From positions 38,688,001 to 38,752,000 of the forward strand of contig NC_043014.1 of assembly GCF_006345805.1 (NCBI RefSeq): a stretch of DNA of 64,000 bases, in the 5' to 3' direction. This stretch comes from Octopus sinensis (taxonomy: Eukaryota). The position numbers and the translations under genes were made by a program. Below, in pieces: positions 1-12,138 of this stretch. Within the stretch, counting starts at the first letter, position 1. Each line of letters begins with the position of its first letter. Below the pieces are notes generated by a model. The model saw only the letters and a program-made list of their open reading frames with translations, did not search any database and had not been told where the DNA came from.

Positions 1-490
1 CTGGTACTTAATTTATCAACCTCGAAAGGATGAAAGGCAAAGTCAACCTCGGCGGAATTTGAACTCAGAACGTAACAGCAGATGAGATACGGCTACGCAT
101 TTCGCCCAGCGTGCTAACAGTTCTGCCAGCTCCAGTCACGTCTGATGAACCGTTAAGTTACAGGGATGTAAACACAGCAACACAGGTAGTCAAGCGGTGA
201 TAGGGGTACAAAGACACACATACATAGACATGGCTGATGCTAGTGTCGCCTGACTGGTTCTTGTGCTGGTGACACGCAATAAGCACCATTCATGCATGGG
301 TCATTGCCAGTTCCGCCTGAGTGACTTCTCATGTTGGTGGCACATAAAAAGCACCATTTGAATGTGGTCAATGCCAGCCACGCCTGGCTCCTGTGCTGGT
401 AACACATAAAAGCACCATCCGAATGTGACCATTGCCGCCTGACTGGCTCCCATACCAGTGACAGGTGAAAAGCACCCACAATATATATAT

Positions 491-1035
491 ATCTGTAAAT
501 ATAATATGTGACAATTATTCAGTAGCCATGATAAAACACCAAGTTTCAGATGTTGGGGCGGAAACCACGCTGGCATCTCTTCAGTTATCAGTCCATCGAA
601 AAAATGCTATGAAAATGACCATTAAACAAAGGGAAATTACTGTGTGATTGACCGTTATTAAGACAAAAGAGCTTTTTGAATGACCGCTAAATAATGGGAG
701 GGAATCAAGGGAGTAAAAATGTTCATAGTAATCACATAAGCTCGCGTGCCCATACATACACATGCGCATCTGCACACCCACATACATGCATCTATATGTA
801 TATACTCATCCACCCTCGCTTGAAACACACACATGCTCACCCACACATTCGCCAAAAAATATATATACATACCCGCATGCACGTTTGCACACACACGGCA
901 TGGGTTTCCGCCCTGACATCTGAAACTCAGAGTTTTATCATGGCTACCGAAAAATTGTCACATATTAAATTTACAGATAAGTTCCTCTATTTACATAATA
1001 TCAAGGTCTCCTTCATTCTTTTGTCTTACCATTTC

Positions 1036-1041
<6 letters not shown>
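491..1041. mobile_element. Penelope-like pLTR remnant, family H1, with inverted terminal segments (about 491-570 vs 896-980), flanked by (TA)n
   Basis: The left end is the reverse complement of 896-980. The same sequence recurs at 6290-6556 and 23503-23697 and contains a hammerhead fold. Confidence 0.7.
530..589 (-). ncRNA. Type I hammerhead ribozyme-like motif (H1, degenerate stem III)
   Basis: Minus strand reads GATAA CTGAAGA GATG...CATC T GAAA CTTGGTG TT TTATC; stem I is GAUAA/UUAUC. Confidence 0.55.
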
Positions 1042-1083
<42 letters not shown>

Positions 1084-1120
1084 TATACACACATATATAT
1101 ACACATATATATATATATAT

Positions 1121-1330
1121 AGTTAATCCAAACATGAAAACACAAAGAGAAAACACAACAACGTGAGGACGTGGAACAAGTATAGTGTTATTGGACGCTC
1201 ATAAAAAGGAAAGAAAGAAAGAGGATTTAACGTTTCGAGCGAAGCTCTTCGTCAGAAACATAGGGAAAGGAAAGATCCAAGGAAGGGAAGACGGGGGGGA
1301 AAAAATCGCCAACGATACACATGCGGTCAG
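1121..1330 (-). mobile_element. Penelope-like pLTR fragment, family H2, with minimal hammerhead-like motif at about 1225-1260
   Basis: Minus strand reads TGTTT CTGACGA A GAGC TTC GCTC GAAA CGTTA. It starts right after a (TA)n tract; a homologue lies at 45277-45460. Confidence 0.65.
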
Positions 1331-1469
1331 AAGCCCATCATGTGTATATATATATATATATACATGATGGGCTTCTTTCAGTATCTATCTACCAAATCCA
1401 CTCACAAGACTTTGGTTAGTCCAAGGCCATAGTAGAAGACACTTGACCAAAGTGTTGAAATTTCAAATT

Positions 1470-1960
1470 ATGGACCCACCTCTTGCATGTAAAAACTTTG
1501 AGAAACTGGAAAAAAGTAATTTCTTGCAACAGAATCAAGACATGAACTAAACCGATACTTTACAAAGTGGTTGTTCTCACAATTCTCTTGTATGGATGTG
1601 AAATTGAAATACTTAGCAAAATGACATAAAAATGGTTGGAACACTTCCAACAGACAAAGCTGCAAATATCTTATGTATACAGTATACAGTGGCAACGTGA
1701 TGTTACGAACAAGGAAATTCTTGATCAGATCAGACACAACATCATTGGAACTGAGATGTTAAGATTACGGCCACAATGAGTTGGCCAAGTTCAAAGAATT
1801 TCAGTATATCGACTGCCAAAGATGCTTGTGTATAAAGAACTGAAAAAAGAAATATGTCCAATAGTAGTTCCAAGACAGCAATACAAAAACCAGCAGAAAT
1901 AAACATTTAGAACCTTTATTTCTTTCTTAGAAGCTGTTAATGTATCTGATAACCCACAGT
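1470..1960 (+). pseudogene. Degenerate RTE-clade (BovB-like) LINE ORF C-terminal fragment
   Basis: Hand translation across frameshifts gives TKPILYKVVVLTILLYGCE...LEHFQQTKLQ...IQWQRDVTNKEILD...VGQVQRISVYRLPKMLVYKEL, matching the RTE post-RT LLYGCETW, WQDxVTNxEVL and RLPKxxxYGEL motifs. Confidence 0.7.
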
Positions 1961-2902
1961 GAAGGAAAAAAAACCGGTACACTGAATGCAACTTCTTGGA
2001 AAGTAATTAGAGAGAGAGGAAGATAGACAGAAAGTTCCAGCATTCTTTTCATCTCTTTTATTCTTTCACTTGTTTCAATCATATGTGGACATGCTGGAGC
2101 ACCACATTAAAGGGTTTTAGTTGAAGAAATTGACTCCATGATCTATTCTTTGTAAGCGAGCTGGCAGAAACGTTAGAACACCAGGCAAAATGTTTAGCGG
2201 CATTCTGAGTTCAAATTCCGCCAAGGTCAACTTTGCCTTTCATCCTTTCGGGGTCGATGTAATCGACTTAATCCCTTTGTCTGTCCTTGTTTGTCCCCTC
2301 TATGTTTAGCCACTTGTGGGCAGTAAAGAAATATATTCTTTGTAAGCCTAGTACTTATTCTATTGGTCTCTTGGTCTATTCTATTGAACTGCTATGTCAC
2401 AAGGACATAAACATACCAGCATTAGTTGTCAAGCAATGGTCGTGGGACAAATACACACGCACGCATGCACACACACACACACACACATAGTTATACACAC
2501 ACAATGGGTTTCTTTCAGTTTCCATCTACCAAATGCATTCACAAGGCTTTGATCAGCTCGAGGCTATAGTAGAAGACAAGGTGCCATACAGTGGGACTGA
2601 ACCCAAAACTATGTGGTTAGGAAGCAAGCTTCTTACCACTCAGCCACATGTTTTTTTTTGTTTTTTTGGTAATTAATACCAGCTTATTAACTGGGAGTTT
2701 ACAAGTAGAATTTATATTGCAAGTGAGGTGTGCTGGAAAAGATCCACATTATATTCTACTGGTAGAAGATGTGTCACAGTCTGAGCGGTTTGTGTTATTT
2801 CAAATGTTGTTTTCTACATTTTTCTATTACAGGTAATGTAATGTTAGATATGGCACTTGGTACAGGTATGGTTGTGTGGGTGAGAAGTTTGCTTAACACA
2901 CA

Positions 2903-3135
2903 AAGCGGCGAGCTGGCAGAAACATTAGCACGCCGGGCGAAATACTTAGTAGAATTTTGTCTGCCGCTACGTTCTGAGTTCAAATTCCGCCGAGGTCGAC
3001 TTTACCTTTCATCCTTTCAGGGTCGATTAAATAAGTACCAGTTACGCTCTGGGGTTGATATAATCGACTTAACCCGTTTGTCTGTCTTTGTTTGTCCCCT
3101 CTGTGTATAGCCCCTTGTGGGCAGTAAAGAAGTAA
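2903..3135 (+). mobile_element. SINE family B with Nin-like central domain; other copies at 1-132(-), 2156-2333(+), 10125-10353(-), 11700-11908(-), 28530-28900(+, two), 39676-39816(-), 55611-55810(+), 58704-58851(+)
   Basis: Repeated ~230 bp unit GGCGAGCTGGCAGAAACGTTAGC...GAGTTCAAATTCC (B-box-like)...GCCTTTCATCCTTTCGGGGTCGATAAATTAAGTACCAG...AAAGAAATA. The central motif resembles the Nin-DC SINE domain. Confidence 0.85.
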
Positions 3136-3512
3136 GAAGTTTGCTTCCCTAAAAATATGGTTCAGGGTTCAGTCCCACTCTGGGGTACCTTGAACAAGTG
3201 TTTTCTACTATCACCCCAGGCCAACCAAAGCCTTGCAAGTGGTTTTGGTAGATAGAAACTGAAAGAAGCTTATTGAGTGAGTGTGAGTGCCTTTGTGTTT
3301 GTCCTCTAGCTTGACAACCCTATAACTTAGCAGTTCAACAAAAAAGAACAATTTAATAAATACCAGTGTTTAAAACAGTTAGTACTGGGGTTAATTTGTT
3401 CGACTAAAGCCCTTCAAAGAAGTGCCCCAGTATGTGCACAGACCACTAGCTGAAACAGGTAACAGAAATAAAAGGTAATATAAGTATGTGCATAAATATA
3501 TATATATATATA

Positions 3513-3677
3513 GGCACAGGAGTGGCTGTGTGGTAAGTAGCTTGCTTACCAACCACATGGTTCCGGGTTCAGTCCCACTGCGTGGCACCTTGGGCAAGTG
3601 TCTTCTACTATAGCCTCAGGCCGACCAAAGCCTTCTGAGTGGATTTGGTAGACGGAAACTGAAAGAAGCTCCTCGTA

Positions 3678-3765
<88 letters not shown>

Positions 3766-3980
3766 ATATATATGCGTGTGTGCCTGTGTTTGTCCCCCTA
3801 GCATTGCTTGACAACCTATGCTAGTGTGTTTATGTCCCCGTAACTTAGCGGTTCAGCAAAAGAGACCGATAGAATAAGTACTGGGCTTGCAAAAAAATAA
3901 GTCCCGGGGTTGAGTTGCTCGATTAAAGGCGGTGCTCCAGCATGGCCACAGTCAAATGACTGAAACAAGTAAAAGAGAGT
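3513..3980 (+). mobile_element. tRNA-derived SINE family A (CORE-like), full-length copy with internal (TA)n
   Basis: Head GGCACAGGAGTGGCTGTGTGGTAAG...GGTTCAGTCCC has A/B-box-like motifs, followed by CORE-like CCTTGGGCAAGT and tail GGCGGTGCTCCAGCATGGCC...GACTGAAACAAGTAAAAGAG. About 20 copies occur in the window. Confidence 0.9.
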
Positions 3981-4642
3981 ATATATATATATATATAAGC
4001 AATAGGGCTACTGAACATGTAATTTTAACTATATAAGTATGTGCATATATGTAAGTGTTTCTGTGAGTACATTGAAGTGTAGGAATGTGTGGGTGTCTGT
4101 GCATGTCAGCGTATGTGTGTGTACAGATAGAAGTGTAGGCATATGTGTATATTTGTGTGTGCATGTCTGTATAGATGAATGTATGTGTATGTTTGCATGT
4201 GTATTTCAAGATAAAGCTTATCTATATGACATAGACTGATACAAGATAATGGCAACAGTGACACTAAGTACAGCTTAGACACACACATACAACATGCAGG
4301 CACTCATACAAACACAACATGCAGACACACTCACACACAAAGCCTCTACATTGTTCAACATCTACTGGAAATGGCAACTGAATCTCCCTCAAACCATGCT
4401 GTACTGCAATGAATAAAGGTACCTTGAAAAATTTAGTCTGAGGTAAACTGGCTGAGAAAAAGTCAGGATGGTCATGATTGGCTGCACACCTTTGATCATA
4501 GGGTTGTCTAATCGGAGTCAACCTGAGGGGCTAAACAACACACATACCACATCAATAAAGCATATACGCACACACACATACACACACACACACACATACA
4601 CACACACACACACACACAAGGATCAAGGCATTTAATTCTAAT

Positions 4643-5040
4643 ACTCTCTTTTTCTCTTTTACTCTCTTTTACTTGTTTCAGTCATTTGACTGTGACCATG
4701 CTGGAGCACCACCTTCAGTAGAGCAAATTGACCCCAGGACTTATTCTTTGTAAGCCTAGTACTTATTCTATCAGTCTTTTTTGCCGAACTCCTAAGTGAC
4801 AGGGACGTAAACACACCAGCATCGGTTGTCAAGCGATGTTGGGCAGACAAACACAGACACACAAACACACAAACATACATATATACGACGGGCTTCTTTC
4901 AGTTTCCGTCTACCAAATCCACTCACAAGGCTTTGGTCAGCCCGAGGCTATAGTAGAAGACACTTGCCCAAGGTGCCATGCAGTGGGACTGAACCCGGAA
5001 CCATGTGGTTGGTAAGCAAGCTACTTACCACACAGCCACT
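4643..5040 (-). mobile_element. SINE family A copy
   Basis: Reverse complement of 3513-3980. Confidence 0.9.
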
Positions 5041-5198
5041 TCAATATAAACATATTGAAATCCTAAAAGCAAGGAGCCACATGAAAAGCATTGTTGTGGG
5101 TGCTGGTGTCACATTTAAAGCAATTCTAAAACAAATAAGCTTATTGAGTGATTGAGTATGTGTGTGAGTGTGTTTTGCTTTATGAGAGAGAGAGAGAG

Positions 5199-5242
<44 letters not shown>

Positions 5243-5658
5243 GGGCACACAGATAGAAATTGAGACAGAAAGATAGAAAGAGAGATTCTATAACCATTTA
5301 GGTTATGGTACCGAGAAGTAAAACATAAATAAGCAATGATACCTAGGGAGGCTGAGGAAGGAAGCAACAGGCATAGAGATGAACAGAAGGACAGACAGAC
5401 GAACAGACAGCTAGATGAGTATTGGAGGACACAATAGGGAGAGAGAATGAGAGAAGAAATAAGAATGTAACAGAGAGACAGAGGAAGATTTGTCTATATT
5501 GGAATGTAAAAAAAAGAACTGTAAAATACAGATAAATAAACACAGCAAGTGTGTGTGTGTGTATGAGAGAGAGAGTGTGTGTATGTGATGCAAAACTGTA
5601 TAAAAGTACACAACCAACATACAATCAATAGAATTAAGAGATTAACATATATATAGAT

Positions 5659-5660
5659 GT

Positions 5661-5728
<68 letters not shown>

Positions 5729-5965
5729 AGAAAGAAAGAAAGAAAGAAAGGAAGGAAGGAAGAATAGAAGAAAGGAAGAAAGAAAGAAAGAAAAAGGAAG
5801 AAAGGAAAGAAGGAAGGAGGGAAGGAAAGAAGGAAGGAAGGAAGGAAGGAAGGAAGGAAGGAAGGAAGGAAGGAAAGGAAAGGAAGGAAGGAAAGAAAGA
5901 AAGGAAGGAAGGAAGGAAGAAGGAAAGAAAGGAAGAAAGAAAGAAAGGTAGGAAGGAAAAGAGAA
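5659..5965. repeat. Compound microsatellite (TG)n-(GA)n-(GAAA)n-(GGAA)n
   Basis: Directly visible polypurine tract. Confidence 0.95.
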
Positions 5966-6036
5966 ACTGAATATATTTTCGTCTGATGACTTTATCACAA
6001 GACAGAAATAACAGAGCATGATGACGATGTTTTATA

Positions 6037-6068
<32 letters not shown>

Positions 6069-6235
6069 CAAAAAACATCATCATGATTTCACATCCACCT
6101 AGTAAAGCCACTCATAAAGCTTTGGTCAGTCAGCCCAGGGCTAAAGTAAAAGACATTTGCCTAAACTGACATTGCAATAGAATGAACCTGAAAATATGAA
6201 TTGAGAGGATATCTTCTTGAGCACACTTGCACCTT

Positions 6236-6279
<44 letters not shown>

Positions 6280-6289
6280 TATATATATT

Positions 6290-6556
6290 GGTATAACCAG
6301 TAAGATAAAAGAAAGAAAGAGACCTCAATATTATGTAAATAGAGGAAATTTATCTGTAAAATAATATGTGACAATTATTTGGTAGCCAAGATAAAACTCC
6401 GAATTTCGGATGTCGGTGCAGAAACCCACGCCAGCATCTCTTCAGTTATTGGGGCATTTTCATAGTTTTCTTTTTGATGGCCCAATAACTGAAGAGATGC
6501 CGGCGTGGGTTTCTGCCCCGACATCCGAAACTCGGAGTTTTATCTTGGCTATTTTA
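6290..6556. mobile_element. Penelope-like inverted pLTR pair, family H1, between (TA)n tracts
   Basis: Arms at about 6383-6455 and 6477-6553 are reverse complements, and each carries a hammerhead fold. Confidence 0.75.
6484..6544 (+). ncRNA. Type I hammerhead ribozyme motif (H1); mirror copy 6390-6450 on minus strand
   Basis: AATAA CTGAAGA GATGCCGG...CCGACATC C GAAA CTC G GAG TT TTATC. Stem III is ACUC/GAGU, the predicted cleavage triplet is GUU, and stem I is AUAA/UUAU. Confidence 0.7.
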
Positions 6557-7216
6557 CAGATATATATATATAATATATATATAGATATATATATGTATGG
6601 ATATGTATGTATGTATATGTATGGATGTGTATGTATGTATATTACTATTTGATTGAACGCCATGCATCCATTTCCAAGTCAGTTTGTATTATATTGTATA
6701 TATATATATATATATATATAATTCTTAAAGAGAACAACAAACTTTAAGACAAAGCAAACATCTCAAATCATATATATTATTATAAATAATAACAATGTAT
6801 ATGACTTAAGATGATTGCCTTGCCTTAATGTTTGCTGTCCTCTTCAACAATTATATATCCGTCATATTGGAAATATACAATGGCTCCATAACTACCATCT
6901 CAGCTATAACCTCGGAGCCCTAGTAATCTGTTACAGCACTTACTTAGCATACCTAGTCGCTTAGATCACCTGTGAACTAAACCCCCATGTTCTGTATATA
7001 TGTGTATATATATATAGTTAATGACTATCATGTGAGACAAAGAACATACTGGAGTTTGGCTGGATTTCTCTTCTTGTTTCGGGGTTTTTCCTAGTCATTC
7101 TTGATCTCTTCTTTCAGAAACTGAAATAAGCTTGTCATACATGTGCGGGTATGTGTGTTTGAGTCTCCTTGACTTGACATCGTGTGATTGTTGTAAATAA
7201 ATGTCATTCATTTTGT

Positions 7217-8604
7217 ATCATCATCATCATCACTGTTTAACGTCCGTTTTCCATGCTAGCATGGGTTGGACGGTTTGACCGAGGTCTGGGAAGCCAGGAG
7301 GCTGCACCAGGCTCCAGTCTGATCTGGCAATGTTTCTACAGCCAGCTGCCCTTCCTAACACCAACCACTCTGTGAATGTAGTGGGTGCTTTTTACGTCTC
7401 ATTGGCACAGGTGCCAGGGTAGGCTGGCAGCAGCCACGATCAGTTGGTGCCTTTTACATGCCACTGGCACAGAAGCCAGTCAAGGTGGCACTGGAATCAG
7501 TCACATTCGGATGGTGCCACTGGCTCAGGTATCACAACTACAATTTCCATTTGATTTTTATTTTGATGTAATTGACTCAATAGGTCTCTTCAAGCACAGC
7601 AGGTCGCCCTATGATCCAAGGTAAGCACAGCAGGCCATCCTGCAATCCAAGGTACTTTGGATGGGCTGGAACTGCTGTGAAGCTGGTGCTGGAAACTACC
7701 ATGAACTCACGTTATTTGTCGGGTCTTCACAGTCACAGCATATCACCAGGAGTCCTGGTCTTTCGTCATTGCCTCTGTGAGGCCCATCGTTCAAAGGCCA
7801 TGCTTGACCACCTCATCTCATGTCGTCCTGGGTCTACCTCTAACCCAGATTTCTTGAACTGTTTGGGAGTGGCAGTTCGCACACATGGGTCATACAATCT
7901 ACCTTTCACTCTGAGTGAGAGACCTTTTGTCACCAGTAGGGGTAAAACTTTCTAAACTTTGCCCAGGCTATTCCTATTCTAGTGGTAATACTCTCTGTGC
8001 ATCCACCTCCACTACTAACTTGGTCACCTAGGTAGCAGAAACTATCAACTACTTCTAGTTTCTTCCCCTGGAGTATGATGGAATCTGTTTTCTGGGTATC
8101 TATGGTGTCTATTGCCCCTGTGCATCTGCCACACACGCAAGCAACTTCTCGGTTAGTTTTCCTTTGATATTGCTGCACCTCTTATGTGTCCATAGCTTAC
8201 ACTGGGTACATCTTATGTAGTTTCTACCTATACCTTTTCTACAGATCAAGCAGGGCCACCTACCTGAGGGGATGTGTGATGAGTTTGTCTTCTACTTACT
8301 AGAACTTTGATCTTTGCTACATTTACTCTAAGGCCTTTTGATTTTAAACCTAGCTTCCACACCCGAAATTTCTTTTCTTGTTCCAGTAGTGATTCTGCTA
8401 TGAGGGCCAGGTCATCAGCATAGAGGAGCTCCCAAGGGCAACCCGTCTTGAATTCCTCTGTTATTGCCTGGAGGACTATGATGAATAAAAGGAGACTGAG
8501 GGCTGAACCTTGGTGATCCCCTACTTCTACTCGGAATTCTTCACTATATTCGTTGCCAATCCTAACCTTACTAACGGCCTCTCTGTATAGGGCTTGTACA
8601 GCCC
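7217..8604 (-). mobile_element. 5'-truncated RTE-clade LINE with 3' UTR and (GAT)n tail
   Basis: The RT remnant runs into a 3' UTR with ~55 bp tandem units and ends in GATGATGAT. Confidence 0.9.
7590..8604 (-). pseudogene. Reverse transcriptase ORF remnant (frameshifted) of RTE LINE
   Basis: ORF 8246-8617 has GDHQGSALSLLLF...LLYADDLAL...GLRVNVAK (RT motifs). ORF 7930-8178 has LEVVDSFCYLGD...RIGIAWAKF. Confidence 0.92.
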
Positions 8605-8751
8605 TTATCTTCTGCAAAAATGTGTCTGGCCATGGAGAAATATTACTTTCTTTGGAAACAAGTAAGGGTTGGAAACAGAAAGGTCATCTGGCCATAGAAC
8701 ATCTGTAAGCATCAAAAACTGGATATTAAAATGAAGATGATGAAGAATTAG

Positions 8752-8788
<37 letters not shown>

Positions 8789-9305
8789 AAAAAAAAAAAA
8801 GATATATATATATATATATATTTCAAAAAATATATTCAAGTAACAGATAATTCCAAAGGAAAAAGGCTTAGATTTTGAGCTCAAATAGTGGAAACCTTAA
8901 ACTCACACTGCTGAAAATTAGGACCCTTTATATACTGAGTTCTTTGATTTAGCACTTCTCAGTGAACCGACACAAATCATCACCATCAGCATCATCATCA
9001 TTTAAAGGCTATATTCCATGCTTGCATGAGTTGGATGGTTTAACAAGGATCCAATGATTTGAAGGACTGTACTATGCACCAGGGTCTACTTTGGTTTCGT
9101 TTTTACAACTAGTGCCCTTCCTAATACCAACCAGTTTACAGTTTGTACTGGGTGTGTTTTTTGTGTCACTGGCACTATTGAGATCATCCCATAGCCGGTG
9201 AGTCAACAAACCCAAGAAGGGAGGGAGGGTGTTGCATCTGATTGTTAGATACTTTCTAGGTGCAGGGTTCTCTATCCTTTAATTAGTCAACACTTTACTC
9301 TAAGG

Positions 9306-9524
9306 CAGTGGTTTTCAACCAGTGTTCCGCTGAACCTTAGGGTTCCGCCAGTACAGACCAGGGGTTCCGCGAGAAGTTACAAAACTGCTAAAATCGGCAG
9401 TAATTTTTAATTCTCCTGTGCAGATATCTGTGCATAAGACTATTAAATTATTGCACAGGGGTTCCTCGAGCCAGTGGAATGTTTCCTTGGGGTTCCGCCC
9501 CAGCAAAAAGTTTGAAAAGCACTG
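9306..9524. mobile_element. hAT (Charlie-like) MITE
   Basis: TIRs CAGTGGTTTTCAAC / TTTGAAAAGCACTG with a perfect 8 bp TSD CTCTAAGG at 9298-9305 and 9525-9532. Confidence 0.9.
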
Positions 9525-9814
9525 CTCTAAGGCATATGTATACAGAGTTCTAACAACTGGTTATTAGTATTGCTAATCTTAAGTGAAATCATAAATAACA
9601 TATACACCCCCCATACACACACACACATACAGGTGTAGGGGTGACTGTGGTAAGATATTGCTTCTCAACCATATGGTTCTATGTAGATAGATAGAGAGAG
9701 AGACAGATTTTTCTGTTTCAGTGATGAGGATTCAGTTGCTTGATCACTTCAATTACTTACTCGTGGAATTAGCATATAAACACCTGAGTATTCCATAGAC
9801 TCATGTATCTTTAA

Positions 9815-10036
9815 CCCTTTTGTTACTGTATTTCTGTTGAGATGTTTGGTGTTTCTTTCAATTAATTTTTAATAAAACAAAGAATTTAGTAAAATGACTT
9901 AGTTGTCATTCTGCTAGTATTAGGAACATAAATTGTGACTAAGGTTTGGTGGAAGATTTTAATTCAGAACATTTGAAAACAAGACATTTGTACTACAGAG
10001 CCAGAGGCGGTTTCGACTGGATTGGTATCAAAAGGG
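9815..10036. mobile_element. piggyBac-like MITE
   Basis: TTAA-CCCTTTTG ... CAAAAGGG-CTAA, with the right TTAA mutated. Confidence 0.7.
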
Positions 10037-10776
10037 CTAATGTAATTCTCAGGTACCATTAGCATGATGGTACTGCATGACTAGGTTGCAATTTTGAATT
10101 ACTGGTACAGTTCATCTAACAGATTTCTTATTTCTTTATTACCCACAAGGGGCTAAACATAGAGGGGACAAACAAGGACAGACAAAGGGATTAAGTCGAT
10201 TACATCGATCCCAGTGCGTAACTGGTACTTAATTTATCAACCCCCGAAAGGATGAAAGGCAAAGTCGATTTTGGCGGAATTTGAACTCAGAACGTAGCAG
10301 CAGACGAAATACCGTTAAGCATTTCGCCCGGCATGCTAACATTTCTGCCAGCTCTAACTGATTTCTACACAGTTTCCACCACCCAATTTTACCCTCAAGA
10401 TATGTGATAACCCAAAGGTTATTAAAAATACTTTTGCCCAAAATGTCATGCAGTCAGGACCAGTGTTAGGAAGTGTGGGGACCAATAAGAGAACTGTCAG
10501 TGGGGCTCTATCTTCTACAAAAACAGAAGAGTGATGCTTTATGCTTTGTGTAGTAAGTCATTCCCAGTCAAAAAGCGTTGAGGGCATGATGTTCCACCAT
10601 TAGCCACAATATTCTAAATATTCATCATAGTATCTTCTGCACAAGCATGTGTATGGGGCACAGTTTGCTTAAAAGTGGCCCTGCATGCAGTGAGATTGAA
10701 CTCAGGATTAGGATCCTTGTAGTTGTGGATTAACCTTCTTAACCATTCAGCCATACTGTGCCTGGCTGTTGATTAC

Positions 10777-11170
10777 AGGTAAGTTCACTGCCATCAATTC
10801 CCCACAAAGAAAGTTCCCCGTGAGAAAGATTTACCAAGAAAATAAATCTATAGTATCTCACTAGTAATAGTTAATAACTATTTTATCGAAAAAAAAAAGG
10901 GGGGGAGGATTGTTTTGATGACAGTGAATTTCCTCTGCAGTGAATTGATGACGGTAAACTTAGCAGACATGTTTAATGATTACAGATAAGCTCACCACCA
11001 TCAATTCACTATGGGGAAAGTTCATTGCAAAGGAAATTTTACTGAGGAAGTATATCCATACTATCTCACTATTAATAGTTAAAAACTATTTTATTGAAAA
11101 AAAACATAGGAGTGTTTTAATGATAGTGAACTTTCCTTGAAGGTGAATTGATGGCGGTGAACTTTCCCTG
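10777..11170. mobile_element. Two tandem diverged copies (~200 bp each) of a TIR-bearing MITE-like element
   Basis: Each unit begins with a variant of AAGTTCACTGCCATCAATTC and ends with a variant of GAATTGATGGCGGTGAACTT. The internal ATCTCACTA.TAATAGTTAA.AACTATTTTAT is shared. Confidence 0.65.
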
Positions 11171-11286
11171 CTGTGAAAGTCAACTTTAGAGGAATTTTGA
11201 AATCAAAATGTAAAGATAAACAGAATACTGCTAAGCATTTCGTCCACCATACCAACAATTCTACCAGCTTGCTACCTTTGTATACA

Positions 11287-11684
11287 CTTTTACTCTTTTA
11301 CTCGTTTCAGTCATTTGACTGCGGCCATGCTGGAGCACCGCCTTTAGTCGAGCAAATCGACCCCAGGACTTATTCTTTGTAAGCCTAGTACTTATTTATT
11401 CAATCGGTCTCTTTTGCCGAACCGCTAGGTTACGGGGACGTAAACACACCAACATCGGTTGTGAAGTGATGTTCGAGGGATAAACACAGACACACAAATA
11501 TATATATATGCATATACATATACGACGGGCTTCTTTCAGTTTCCGTCTACCAAATCCACTCACAAGGCTTTGGTCGACCCGAGGCTTTAGTAGAAGACAC
11601 TTGCCCAAGGTGCCACGTAGTGGGGCTGAACCCCGAATCATGTGGTTGGTAAGCAAGCTACTTACCACACAGCCACTCCTGCAC
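11287..11684 (-). mobile_element. SINE family A copy
   Basis: Full-length homology to 3513-3980. Confidence 0.9.
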
Positions 11685-12080
11685 TAGAACACAATATTTT
11701 TTATACTATAGGCACAAAGGAGAAGAAGGTTAGTCAATTACATCGACCCAAGTGTGCAAATAGTACTTATTTCATCAACCCCTAAAGGATGAAAAGTAGA
11801 GTCAACATCAGCAGAATTTGAACTCAGAACATAAAGAGAGAAAAAGACAGAAAAAACACCGCTAAGTATTTTGCCCAGCGTGCTAACGATTCTTCCAGCT
11901 TACCACCTTAGTACAGAGCATAATATCAATTAATGAATGACACAGCAACAGAAGTCACATAGTTTATCTCATTAGCACAAGAATTCAGCTCTGGTGGACT
12001 GTGTCTTATAGCAGAAACACCTGTAAACTAATGAAGTTAATTATGAAACACCTGCTCCTTTGTCATTCATTCATTCATTC

Positions 12081-12138
<58 letters not shown>

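Noticed and set aside
4826-5155. Recurrent peptide [28 protein letters not shown] in many ORFs
   Set aside because: It is the antisense translation of the family A SINE head, not a protein family.
5634-6071. ORFs rich in ERK or SFL
   Set aside because: They derive from (GA)n/(GGAA)n repeats.
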